Of a stretch of DNA of 64,000 nt, positions 51,093-60,620 are shown in pieces. The stretch is from IMG/VR virus record IMGVR_UViG_3300028197_001049, positions 14,805 through 78,804 of that record. The stretch is one strand, 5' to 3'. The position numbers and the translations under genes were made by a program. Within the stretch, counting starts at the first letter, position 1. Each line of letters starts with the position of its first letter. The notes under the pieces were generated by a model that did not search any database, was not told the DNA's origin, and saw nothing but the letters and a program-made list of their open reading frames with translations. The stretch is from a virus.

Positions 51093-52943
51093 TTAGACGT
51101 TTTCCTGGAATATCTGGAACAGACTATCTTCTACCGAAAGGTTTAAATATACCTCTCTCACTGCGAGGATATCATCATTATCAGGGACCGCTTGGATAAA
51201 AATTTCATTATCGGCATTTGATCCACTAACAAAATTAATTTGATTAATAGTTATATCACCTTTTACAAAGTCAACTTTTCCTACATTTTCAATTAAAATT
51301 TTCTTAGTTGCGGTACTTGTGTCAATAGTATATATTCTAATTGTACCGTCCTCAATATTCTCCATATACGAATCAGTATTTGGAAAATTGACCGTTCTGA
51401 ATACAGTACTTGAAATGTTAGTTTTATTGTCGCAAAATTTTCTGAACGGATTTTTATAACAAAGTAAGTAGTGAGCGTTTGTACTCAATGCAGGTTTAAT
51501 TTTCTTTCTCAAAGAAATTGCAGTTACGTTACCACTGATAGAACGTTCGGCAGCATCAATAACTGTAGCAACCTTACTTTTTCTAATTCTACCGCCAAAT
51601 TTATTAATGCTATTAGTATCACGATATTGAGTAAGATTTTCAATAACAACATTTCTTAACTGCTCATGTGTTAGGTTGGTATCAGTACTTCTATAGTAAA
51701 TTTTACTATTTACTAATACATCAACGATAGATGGATCTATAATAACAGGGGTTACAGAAGCAACGGTAAATTTCTTTAATTTAGTTAAAATATCTCTTTT
51801 TGTGGAATTACTTAAGCTATCACTAAACTTAGGTTTAATTGCAATTTTAACTCTGCCATATTCGGGCGGTTCTTCAGTTTCACCACCATATACAATAATA
51901 TCAGCAATTGCTGAGTAAAGTCTCTGTGTGATTACTTTATAATCATCTAAAGTGACTGCTCTATTTTGAGAAGAATAAAATTTAGGAGCATTTCTCTTAA
52001 TTACCGTCTCACTTTCAATATCGTCTCCTCCTTCACTTCCATTTATTACAGTAGTAGTAATTCCGGTCAGAATTCTATTGAGAGATTCATCATAAATTTC
52101 ACCAGAAAAAACAAAGTTCTTTAATTTATTTGCAGACTCTCCAGAAGAAAGCAAATATGAAACTTCAATGATATTATTATCTGATAACTTCTTTCCTAAA
52201 ACTCCATCACCAAATAATAACTCGTATTGAGAATCATCAGTTTCCTGAACAAAAAATACTTTGTGGGTAGATCCAATATCTAAAATATTTTCTGCTAATG
52301 TATAATTTTCTTTATTCGTAGAATTAGCAGACTCCCTTACAGATACTCTGATACTTGAAGTATCTACATTTATTGTAGGGATAATAAATTTTTGATTTGG
52401 AGTAGTATTATCAACCAAATATGTGGTATTCAGATAAATTCCTTCAGTAGCTCTTAATTGGTCATTCACAACATTTGAAATAAGGCAAATATTGTTAGTT
52501 ACAGGAGAAACTACATCCTCTAAAGTAGCAAACTGAAACGTTTCTTGTCTAGATTCTGGATTTGATGAAATAAAGCAATTTCCTTTCTTTAAAGTCAAAA
52601 ATGACGGAACCAATCTTTGGTCAACTGCTGCCAAAGCGGTAAAATCAACTTTAAGTTGAACAAATGCTTGTGATGAAGTTGTAGATTTTGGAGTATATCC
52701 TAATTGCTTCGCAACTTTAACAATATTATCTCGTAATGAGGCAGACGACAGAAAACTCTCATTAACTGCCATCGTTGTATTGAAAGCAGTATAATAAGTG
52801 TTATACGCCAAAAGATCAACCACCGCTGCTAGGCTTGATCCTTCAAAGTCGTAGTCTGTGAAATCACTATTACGTTTTAAATAATCAATTAGAGTCGCTT
52901 TGATATCAGCGTAGTCTAAAGAACTTACTTGTGCGAATGCCAT
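51093..52943 (-). CDS. g6: Baseplate wedge subunit
   Basis: LDY.DIK..L..YL, FTDYDFEGS.L....DLLAYNTYY, NESFLSSA.LRD, QNRAVTLDDY, PP.YGRV.IAIKP. Confidence 0.96.
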   Translation of the reverse strand: MAFAQVSSLDYADIKATLIDYLKRNSDFTDYDFEGSSLAAVVDLLAYNTYYTAFNTTMAVNESFLSSASLRDNIVKVAKQLGYTPKSTTSSQAFVQLKVDFTALAAVDQRLVPSFLTLKKGNCFISSNPESRQETFQFATLEDVVSPVTNNICLISNVVNDQLRATEGIYLNTTYLVDNTTPNQKFIIPTINVDTSSIRVSVRESANSTNKENYTLAENILDIGSTHKVFFVQETDDSQYELLFGDGVLGKKLSDNNIIEVSYLLSSGESANKLKNFVFSGEIYDESLNRILTGITTTVINGSEGGDDIESETVIKRNAPKFYSSQNRAVTLDDYKVITQRLYSAIADIIVYGGETEEPPEYGRVKIAIKPKFSDSLSNSTKRDILTKLKKFTVASVTPVIIDPSIVDVLVNSKIYYRSTDTNLTHEQLRNVVIENLTQYRDTNSINKFGGRIRKSKVATVIDAAERSISGNVTAISLRKKIKPALSTNAHYLLCYKNPFRKFCDNKTNISSTVFRTVNFPNTDSYMENIEDGTIRIYTIDTSTATKKILIENVGKVDFVKGDITINQINFVSGSNADNEIFIQAVPDNDDILAVREVYLNLSVEDSLFQIFQENV

Positions 52944-53345
52944 TTATATTCTAGATGAAGATGGTAATGATAATGTAACATTATTAACCTGACCACTATC
53001 AGGTATCAAATATACAATCTGAACCCCATACTCATAATTGGACTCATCCAAATCAATAACAACTTCTAATAAGGTTATTCTAGGTTCATATAAAGTAATT
53101 AAACTTTCAATTTCGCTTTTAATTGATCCCCCTGTAACAAAATCAAAGGGTTCAAACAATAAATCAGGAATTCCGCTACCAAATGTCGGATTAAAAAACT
53201 TTTCACCTTTTCTGTATGAGAATAAGTTGAGAAGTGCTCTCTTAATAGCATTCTCATCCTTAAGGATAGCAAGATCTTTCTTCAACGGGTTAATTTTGAA
53301 GGTAAAACTTAAGTCTTTATAAGATCTTGACGGTAAAAGCGCCAT
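52944..53345 (-). CDS. g25: Baseplate wedge subunit / sheath initiator
   Basis: YKDLS..F..NP, AIKRALLNL, GEKFFNP.FGS....LLFE, YEPRI; late promoter ATAAATA at 53366-53372. Confidence 0.93.
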   Translation of the reverse strand: MALLPSRSYKDLSFTFKINPLKKDLAILKDENAIKRALLNLFSYRKGEKFFNPTFGSGIPDLLFEPFDFVTGGSIKSEIESLITLYEPRITLLEVVIDLDESNYEYGVQIVYLIPDSGQVNNVTLSLPSSSRI

Positions 53346-53364
53346 TTCGTAGCAGGTATTTCAG

Positions 53365-53958
53365 TTATTTATCACGATTTTTAGAAGTTTTCTTTTGGTT
53401 ACTCTTTTTCAAAAGTCTTTCCGACTCAATTTGAGTAATTAATGTCATTCCAGACTTAATAAAGTCTTTGCTTTTATCGGTTGGTGAGTTTCCCATTGAT
53501 TTTTTTGTAGTTTTTACGATTTCGTAATCAGTTCCAAGAATTTCTTGCATCATAGCATCATTCCAATGCTCATAATATCCAGATTTTGCTAAAATTTCGC
53601 GGTGTTGCCGCAATATTGCCTTAGTTTGAGACATGATAAGGTTATACTTACCATTATTTGTCTGGACACCATTAATAAAGGTGTGATAACTACCACAATC
53701 TTCCAAAAATATATATTCTGGATATATTTTGTTGTAAATTTCACACCACATTTGAATAGCAAGTGTATCCAAATAGTCTTCAACAACAAAAATAACGACA
53801 TCAGACCCTTCTGTAGGAATGATGTCGTCAATAGGTGTGTGTATAATCTTATAAGTTGCAGTTGAAGAGAAAGGACACACACTAAAATTTCCTAATTCAG
53901 GGCGAACTTCAGAAATTCTAGCAATCCAGTCCTTAATATGCTCCTCAATATCACTCAT
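53365..53958 (-). CDS. Hypothetical protein (CPF motif; possibly two fused genes)
   Basis: WI..IS..RPELGNFSVCPF; the C-terminal MGNSPTDK... segment follows an A7 run. Confidence 0.7.
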   Translation of the reverse strand: MSDIEEHIKDWIARISEVRPELGNFSVCPFSSTATYKIIHTPIDDIIPTEGSDVVIFVVEDYLDTLAIQMWCEIYNKIYPEYIFLEDCGSYHTFINGVQTNNGKYNLIMSQTKAILRQHREILAKSGYYEHWNDAMMQEILGTDYEIVKTTKKSMGNSPTDKSKDFIKSGMTLITQIESERLLKKSNQKKTSKNRDK

Positions 53959-54050
53959 TATTCTTTTTCTTTGTCTGGATGTTCTTGTTCTGATGGTCTA
54001 CGTCCTACGACATAACCATAAGACTTTGGTGCTGGTGTTTCTTCGCTCAT
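53958..54050 (-). CDS. 30-aa hypothetical peptide (not in track)
   Basis: MSEETPAPKSYGYVVGRRPSEQEHPDKEKE*; ATGA and TAATG overlaps with its neighbours. Confidence 0.6.
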   Translation of the reverse strand: MSEETPAPKSYGYVVGRRPSEQEHPDKEKE

Positions 54051-54190
54051 TTTCCTTGTCCTCGGTAGCGTTTTTTAGCCCCATTACGAGAGCTTGCACT
54101 ATATTTAGTATGCTTGCCATACCCCTGACGAGATTTTTTAGGTTGTGGTTCAATATTTTCGTTACCGTTAAGAGATTTGGTGCGGGACAT
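54047..54190 (-). CDS. 47-aa basic hypothetical peptide (not in track)
   Basis: MSRTKSLNGNENIEPQPKKSRQGYGKHTKYSASSRNGAKKRYRGQGK*; AAGGA RBS. Confidence 0.75.
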   Translation of the reverse strand: MSRTKSLNGNENIEPQPKKSRQGYGKHTKYSASSRNGAKKRYRGQGK

Positions 54191-54228
54191 AGATTCCTTA
54201 AGTTTACTTTTTTAGTATAGCACACTAA

Positions 54229-57200
54229 TTATGCTGGAGCAATACTGATGATTTGGATCTGTGGTGAACCCGATTCAGTTCCATGAGAAGTATTACTTAC
54301 AGTTATTTCTGTAGGACTATTCGGATCAACAGAGGGACTTGGAAGACCTCCAATATAAGACGATCCGCCGCCTCCACCTCCACCAAAGTAAGCACCATAA
54401 CTAATACCAGTATCCCAACCGCCTCCACCGCCACCGCCACCATAATATCCCATACCGCCTTGACCACCACTACCATCAATACCACCTCCACCATAACCAG
54501 CAGAGAAGAAATTACCAGTAGTTCCAGAACCAGCAGATAGATCTCCACCTTTAGCACCACCACCTCCACCTGTACCATTTCTATATCCACTAGTGGTTCC
54601 ACCACCACCTCCACCTGAACCATTCAAAGAGGCACCACTTGCTCCAGAAGTATATCCAGCATTACCACCCTGAGGTTCGGGTGGTCTGGGTGCGCCCCCG
54701 GCCCCTCCTTCACTTCTAGGATTTCCTTCATATCCACCCTCAGCTGCAAGCATTATACAATTACCACCATTAGTTCCAGTGCCATAAAATAATGCTGCAT
54801 ATCTAGAATCATATTGAAGTCTGAAAACATCGCCCATAGGAAGACGCACCGTTCCTTGGACATAACCACCAGTTCCCCCATTCCCCGGAGGAGTGTTGCC
54901 ACGAAGTCTTACTGTGATATCAAAATCTTGAGATTGAGCAGTTAAGAAAACAGGTTCAGTTAAAGTAGTTGTACTGGAAAGATCTGAAATATCAGTAGCA
55001 GTATTTGTGGTAATTCCAGTCATCAGAAGTCCTTGGGGCACAGAAACTTCAATGATAGCAAGACCATGACCACTATTAGCGCCACGTCCTGCTACATAAT
55101 CAGGATCATTATTATATGGTGCTGCAGCACCACTGGAAGAACCTTGACTTCCAGAAGTATAAGTAGTACCCGAAAGATCGCCAGTGATTGAAGAGGGGAC
55201 GGAGACATAACCTGATCCACCGCCTGCACCACCACCAGTGCAATTGTTGCCAGTATTCTGACCACCGCCACCACCGCCTCCATAGAAACCTGAACCACCT
55301 CCACCTCCACGGTTTCCTTGATTATATGGAGCTCCTCCCGAAGCGCCACCGCCAGATCTTCCAGTAGTACCAGATCCAGCGCCACCACCGCCGCCTGAAC
55401 CACCACCACTAGATGAAGCAGCGCCGCCAGCGTTAGGACCAGTACCACTTCCTACAGATCCATTTGGGGCACCACCGCCACCACCCTGACCATTTTGACC
55501 AGCTCCACCACCGCCGCCAACATACCAATTAGCAGTATTACCTGATCTAGTATATGCAAGTTCTGATCTCTGACCACCGCGACCCGCTCCATAACCACTC
55601 ATACCAGCAGCAGAATCTCCAAGACCAGTAGAACCTACAAATACTGTAAGTGAATCACCAGAACCTATATTAGAGATTGTTCCAGAAGCATATCCACCAG
55701 ATCCACCACTAAAACTTCCTGAAGGACATTCTCCTGTTCCGCCGCCACCAGCACCCCAAATTTTGAATGTAAAGTCAGTAGCATCTGTCAAGTCAACAGT
55801 AGTAGATCCAAGTGAATCAATAACAAGTGTTGAATTTCCAGGACCAACAACTAGAACTACAGCATCAGATGTAATCTTTGTTCTTGAAAAATTATTTGTG
55901 ATAATACATCTATATTTGTTTCCACTATCTGATGTAGTTAATGTTGGTGTTGTGTAACTATTAGAAGTAGCACCGCTAATATTTGTATAAACTCCACCAG
56001 ATGATACCTCCCACTGATAATTAATAGTAGGAGATGATTGACCAATTACTTCTGCAGCGACAGTAAAAGTTGCAGTAGATCCAGAAGAAATGACAGAACC
56101 TTGTGGTTGAGTTTGTATATTAATATAAGTTGCTTCTATAACAATCCTTGAATCCTGTTCATGATCTCCGGCAGTTCCTCTATTAGGATCACTTTGTCCT
56201 GCAAATGCAGTTGTACTTCCTGTAGCAGTAGAATGCACATAACCTGATCCACCAGCACCACCTCCACCTGATTGTGTTCCTTTTCCGGGGTCACTGCTTC
56301 CATTATATCCATCATAACCACCAGCACCGCCACCACCACCATAGTAACCGCCACCACCGCCACCGCCACCTGGAGCAGCATAAGATCCGCTGTTAGCACC
56401 ACCTACACCACCTTGTAAAGTAGAACCAGTAGTGCCATTAGTTGAACCACCTGATGATGTTGTTCCGCCAGCACCACCCGCAGACTGAGAGGCACCATCG
56501 CCTCCAGTAGCAGAAATTGCTGATTGTGAACTATCACCACCATCAGTTCCTGTTAGACCACCTCCAGACCCTCCAGAAACTTTTAATCCTCCTGTGTGGG
56601 TGTAATAATATGTGTTACTTGTATAACAAGTTGTTGGTACTGTTATAGTTGTACTATAGTTAGCATAGGCGTTCCAACCCCAGTTGGCAACATAACTACC
56701 ATAACCATTATCATTTCTATAGAAGTATACTAAGAATCCATAAAAGAATTTTTGAAGCGCACCAATATAAAAACCTGGCGCAGCTCCGCCACCAGCAGTC
56801 CATGCCCCAGCATAAATACTTAAAGTATAATTAGCATCTAGAAAATAATCTGCGGGATTGAAATATACATAATACCCTCTAGGTGGCCAATGTCCTGTAG
56901 TAAAAGCAGTAGCAGTGTTTCCACTCCAATACAAAGCGTTATTTGATTGAGCGGCATTATTATAAGAATGATAAACAGTACCACTCTTATTACGAACGTC
57001 ACTAACAATCTGGGTGGTAGTGCATGAGTATGATGAAGTTACTGTATATGGATAACTTATAGAAGATTGACTGCCACCACAACTAGATGCCATGTTAAGA
57101 CTAGATCCACCAGCACCGCCTGCAATGGCAAGAGCATTGGCATATGATACCGAAGTATCAAAGATACCTGCGTACCCTCCTCCTGCCTCTGCGTAGCGTC

Positions 57201-58314
57201 CAGAGTCTGATGATCCTGCCGCACCACCACCAGAGTTCATAAGAAGTTTTAATTGCTGACCTGTACTTAAAGGAACTTGTGCATCTGTGTGACCACCTTT
57301 TCCAGCACAAGTTCCTTGTCCCCATATTTTGGTAGCAAATTTACTTCTAGCACTAGAAAGTGAAGTTACAGTGTATGCAGTTGAATTACTAGGATTAAAG
57401 ATTAATGTCCCATGTTCCTCAAAATCCCAAAATTCTATACCATCAATTTGAGGTTGAATTCTAAAATCAAATCCTAAAACAACCGCTGTGACAATATTAC
57501 TGTATACATCTGCGGCATCAGCATTAGTAAAGACAACTCTATACTGATCATCAGTATCATCATCAATATCTAAGATTGGTGTAGTATATGATACTTGTGT
57601 ACCACTTGAAATATTTGTACCATCCGCACCAGAAATATTATTCCAAACATTACTACCAGATTCTTTTTTCTGCCATTGATAATTTAATGTAGAACTACTA
57701 ATAGTGGCTGTTGAATTTAATGTAAAAGTAATACCCTGTGCAGTAGGAGTCCATATTGGTTGTGCTGTAATTACAATACTTCTGTTGATGGCAAGAATAA
57801 AGACCCCTGAAAATGCAGGAGAATTTACTGCTGAAGCATTTTGTATTTTACAACGATACTGGTATCCACTCTGACTACTAGTGAGTCCTGCTGTCAATTG
57901 CAAGGTTGTATAAATTTCACCAAAAATATTAGACCACGATACACCATCATTAATAGACTGCTGCCACTGAAATGTTGTATTTGCGGGATCAATTCTATTT
58001 GCGCCAGCACTTACTTCTAAAACAATAGCAGTAGTTGTAGGTTCAGTTGCTGTTATTGTTTTGTCAGTATTAGGATCAATATCAATAATGGATGGAACAA
58101 GAGTTTCAATACTTACTCCCGGACCACCACCAGAGTTACCAGATCCACCTCCGTCTGGATTAATAAGATTTGCTGATGCACCGGCATCTGCTGCGGCAAT
58201 ATCTGTAGCACTTACTTCAAAATAGTCAGCAGGATATACCTGACCTTTCTCAAATCTCCCTCTACGGTCCTTAGGGATAAATTTTACTAGATTAGAGAAG
58301 GGTTTAATCTTCAT
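54229..58314 (-). CDS. Ig-like plus glycine-rich virion protein (putative receptor-binding protein)
   Basis: Three (Y/F)QW...W/Y.NI.G......YRC/YRV Ig-like repeats and three poly-Gly domains (KIWGAGGGG, G.YGGGGG, GGGGS.Y). Confidence 0.78.
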   Translation of the reverse strand: MKIKPFSNLVKFIPKDRRGRFEKGQVYPADYFEVSATDIAAADAGASANLINPDGGGSGNSGGGPGVSIETLVPSIIDIDPNTDKTITATEPTTTAIVLEVSAGANRIDPANTTFQWQQSINDGVSWSNIFGEIYTTLQLTAGLTSSQSGYQYRCKIQNASAVNSPAFSGVFILAINRSIVITAQPIWTPTAQGITFTLNSTATISSSTLNYQWQKKESGSNVWNNISGADGTNISSGTQVSYTTPILDIDDDTDDQYRVVFTNADAADVYSNIVTAVVLGFDFRIQPQIDGIEFWDFEEHGTLIFNPSNSTAYTVTSLSSARSKFATKIWGQGTCAGKGGHTDAQVPLSTGQQLKLLMNSGGGAAGSSDSGRYAEAGGGYAGIFDTSVSYANALAIAGGAGGSSLNMASSCGGSQSSISYPYTVTSSYSCTTTQIVSDVRNKSGTVYHSYNNAAQSNNALYWSGNTATAFTTGHWPPRGYYVYFNPADYFLDANYTLSIYAGAWTAGGGAAPGFYIGALQKFFYGFLVYFYRNDNGYGSYVANWGWNAYANYSTTITVPTTCYTSNTYYYTHTGGLKVSGGSGGGLTGTDGGDSSQSAISATGGDGASQSAGGAGGTTSSGGSTNGTTGSTLQGGVGGANSGSYAAPGGGGGGGGYYGGGGGAGGYDGYNGSSDPGKGTQSGGGGAGGSGYVHSTATGSTTAFAGQSDPNRGTAGDHEQDSRIVIEATYINIQTQPQGSVISSGSTATFTVAAEVIGQSSPTINYQWEVSSGGVYTNISGATSNSYTTPTLTTSDSGNKYRCIITNNFSRTKITSDAVVLVVGPGNSTLVIDSLGSTTVDLTDATDFTFKIWGAGGGGTGECPSGSFSGGSGGYASGTISNIGSGDSLTVFVGSTGLGDSAAGMSGYGAGRGGQRSELAYTRSGNTANWYVGGGGGAGQNGQGGGGGAPNGSVGSGTGPNAGGAASSSGGGSGGGGGAGSGTTGRSGGGASGGAPYNQGNRGGGGGSGFYGGGGGGGQNTGNNCTGGGAGGGSGYVSVPSSITGDLSGTTYTSGSQGSSSGAAAPYNNDPDYVAGRGANSGHGLAIIEVSVPQGLLMTGITTNTATDISDLSSTTTLTEPVFLTAQSQDFDITVRLRGNTPPGNGGTGGYVQGTVRLPMGDVFRLQYDSRYAALFYGTGTNGGNCIMLAAEGGYEGNPRSEGGAGGAPRPPEPQGGNAGYTSGASGASLNGSGGGGGGTTSGYRNGTGGGGGAKGGDLSAGSGTTGNFFSAGYGGGGIDGSGGQGGMGYYGGGGGGGGWDTGISYGAYFGGGGGGGSSYIGGLPSPSVDPNSPTEITVSNTSHGTESGSPQIQIISIAPA

Positions 58315-58622
58315 ATCATGTATACCGTTATCGCACCTTTAACTAGTGGGAACGAACCTGTAATACCAAGTGCAAGATCACCAATTTTTTCTGCAGCAAG
58401 TTGATTAATAAAAACTTTTGGAGATCCTGTAATAACAGGCGCTACATGAGTTTTACAACACTTAGGGCATGGAACTATTTCCTGATAAGGAATAGTCACA
58501 TCACCAATTCTAGAAGCAGCTAATTGCTCAATAAAAACATTAGGCGCACCAGTTCCTTGAATAGGTACAGTACACCTCTTCAAATAAGGATCTGAAATTC
58601 TACCTGCTGATCTTAAACTCAT
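58311..58622 (-). CDS. PAAR spike-tip protein (gp5.4-like)
   Basis: GAPNVFI..LAASRIGD...CPKCCKTH....TGSPKVFIN.LAAEKIGD. Confidence 0.88.
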   Translation of the reverse strand: MSLRSAGRISDPYLKRCTVPIQGTGAPNVFIEQLAASRIGDVTIPYQEIVPCPKCCKTHVAPVITGSPKVFINQLAAEKIGDLALGITGSFPLVKGAITVYMI

Positions 58623-59629
58623 GAGTCTGTAACTGGTTTTGGTTGAGTGAACAGAATGTCAGTCTGAGGGAACGTCTGACCATAACGTTCATGCTGCTCT
58701 GCCTGTGATCTTTGTCTATTATTTAACAGGTCGTTTAGAATTTTTTCCCAATCATTATTACTGTTATTGATAACGTGAGTAATAACATGAGTATCAGTTC
58801 CGGTTTGCCCAGATAGATTATTATATCCCATACGATTAGCAATTTTAGTCAGATTTGCAGTTCCAATGTCATTTACATTATAGATACCAAAACCTGAATA
58901 TACTTGCCAATCAACTTCAATCGTAAATTTAAGAGTAGTTGACTCTCGCTGATCAGGAATAAACTTATAAAGGTTATCAAACTTATCAGGAAGTTCCCAA
59001 AGACTATTCGCCTCATAAGTACCACCTACATAATCATTCGTATAACCAAATTCGTTGTAGCAAAATACGGAAGCATTGTAAGAACCCTTGATTGTAAGAG
59101 TATTCCAATCAGGGACAGTAAATGATGCAGAACCCTGCTCATCATCAGTATCTGTGACTAATGTAAAGGATGTGTTGCCACTCGGAGCGACATTCGTTGT
59201 AAAATTGACACCGCCACCGTTCCCATCTGCTTTAGACAGAACATCACGACTAAACCAATCGCCTTTTTCATTTTGGGCAATCCCATCGCCGTTAGGACCT
59301 AAAGTATCTACCCAGCGCATAGCAGTGGGAATTCTTGCTACATGAACTCCACCATATGCCCCACTAGGTTTCCTAGTGCTACTACCATACCTATAACCTC
59401 TAGTGTTATAGTTTGTGGAATTACTATAGGTTACGTCAGTTCTTCCCGCACCTTCTTGTGTGGTAGGTGGAACTCCAGCATTAATATTGCTACTCTTAAC
59501 AGTAAAGGAAAAACTATTGTATAAGTTTACTGCAGGGAGAATTGGTTTCTCTGCACCACTTTCATAGTCGTAAGTAGATGTAGATCCAGGAAGACCATTA
59601 TAATCGCTATAAACTATGGTGTATGACAT
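58619..59629 (-). CDS. gp5.1-like baseplate hub-associated protein
   Basis: G.Y..SVF...Y...ELP..FDNLYKFIP...FTIEV...THVINN..DWEK resembles the T4 gp5.1 layout; directly upstream of PAAR. Confidence 0.5.
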   Translation of the reverse strand: MSYTIVYSDYNGLPGSTSTYDYESGAEKPILPAVNLYNSFSFTVKSSNINAGVPPTTQEGAGRTDVTYSNSTNYNTRGYRYGSSTRKPSGAYGGVHVARIPTAMRWVDTLGPNGDGIAQNEKGDWFSRDVLSKADGNGGGVNFTTNVAPSGNTSFTLVTDTDDEQGSASFTVPDWNTLTIKGSYNASVFCYNEFGYTNDYVGGTYEANSLWELPDKFDNLYKFIPDQRESTTLKFTIEVDWQVYSGFGIYNVNDIGTANLTKIANRMGYNNLSGQTGTDTHVITHVINNSNNDWEKILNDLLNNRQRSQAEQHERYGQTFPQTDILFTQPKPVTDS

Positions 59630-59811
59630 TTCTTCTCTAGTTCTGATACTTTATTGTGTAGATAATCTAAAGTCTCTATTAGTTTCTCGTGTTCTTCTGC
59701 TCCAGGTCTCTTATAAAAAAACTCTGGACTAACTAATTTAGCGACAACAACTTCCAGATTATTTATTCGGGCAAGTACTTCCTCAAAGTCAAAATACTCT
59801 TCATTCGCCAT
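59614..59811 (-). CDS. Hypothetical protein
   Basis: 65-aa ORF overlapping both neighbours. Confidence 0.7.
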   Translation of the reverse strand: MANEEYFDFEEVLARINNLEVVVAKLVSPEFFYKRPGAEEHEKLIETLDYLHNKVSELEKKCHTP

Positions 59812-59986
59812 GTACTTCTCCTCTACCTAGCAGTTCACAATAAGATGTTGCTTCTTTCTTAGTCTTCCAAGATTTTGCCTTATCTAAGTCATCAACCCAA
59901 TCATGATTTACAAGATGATAAATCCACTCACTATTAATATAGCGAGAAGAGTTTCGTTCCCTTAAATACCATTTCTTAGTTGCCAT
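59801..59986 (-). CDS. Hypothetical protein
   Basis: 61-aa ORF with W...L.KA..WKTKKEA. Confidence 0.65.
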   Translation of the reverse strand: MATKKWYLRERNSSRYINSEWIYHLVNHDWVDDLDKAKSWKTKKEATSYCELLGRGEVHGE

Positions 59987-60125
59987 AGTAATTTATGCTA
60001 ATGTCGTCTGTACTTATATGTAGTTCTAGAACCCGTGGCATTAAGTCTTCCACAAAATCCATAGCTTCATCATATGAATCAAAGATGATTTCATCATCAT
60101 CTTTGACCTTAATACCAACTCTCAT
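59976..60125 (-). CDS. 49-aa hypothetical protein (not in track)
   Basis: MRVGIKVKDDDEIIFDSYDEAMDFVEDLMPRVLELHISTDDISINYYGN*; TAATG overlap with the glutaredoxin stop. Confidence 0.65.
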   Translation of the reverse strand: MRVGIKVKDDDEIIFDSYDEAMDFVEDLMPRVLELHISTDDISINYYGN

Positions 60126-60361
60126 TAGATGAGCCCTTGATTACGAAGATGAACCACTGCTTCATTACATCCTCCAATAAGTTGACCATCTTTGAGTACA
60201 CGGGGGAACGTTGCACCATGTCCAAACTTTTGAGTGAACTGCTCTTCAGAAAAATCTGTATTGAGTGTCAACTCCATATAATCTTCTCCAAGTCCTTCTA
60301 ACACCTTTTTGATGTTACGACAATATGGACACTGAGTTTTAGAGTAAATTAGATATGCCAT
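60125..60361 (-). CDS. nrdC: Glutaredoxin
   Basis: IYSK..CPYC, TFPRV..DG.LIGGC. Confidence 0.92.
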   Translation of the reverse strand: MAYLIYSKTQCPYCRNIKKVLEGLGEDYMELTLNTDFSEEQFTQKFGHGATFPRVLKDGQLIGGCNEAVVHLRNQGLI

Positions 60362-60379
60362 GTGATAGAATAGAAAGTA

Positions 60380-60547
60380 TCAGTCTACATCAAGTTCATA
60401 CTCTTCGTCAAGCTTTCGCTGAACACCGAATAGTACTTCTTCATATTCGCCACTTTCATACTCATCCGCATTTTCAATGGCAATTTCTAAAGCATTCAAC
60501 ATGACATCCATCTCATGCTCCGACAAGTCTAGATGTATATTATCCAT
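60380..60547 (-). CDS. 55-aa acidic hypothetical protein (not in track)
   Basis: MDNIHLDLSEHEMDVMLNALEIAIENADEYESGEYEEVLFGVQRKLDEEYELDVD*. Confidence 0.65.
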   Translation of the reverse strand: MDNIHLDLSEHEMDVMLNALEIAIENADEYESGEYEEVLFGVQRKLDEEYELDVD

Positions 60548-60620
60548 AACATTTGTATAACTGATTTATATAGCATTTTTAGAAAATATATAGTATAATA
60601 TAAGGGTTATCAAAATTAAT

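Noticed and set aside
53993-54225. Track ORFs 53993-54220 (+) and 53998-54225 (-)
   Set aside because: Better explained by two coupled micro-ORFs in other frames with an RBS and stop/start overlaps.
54300-56600. (CCA/CCG/CCT)n tandem repeats as microsatellites or a CRISPR-like array
   Set aside because: They are poly-glycine codons of the Gly-rich protein, with no repeat-spacer periodicity.
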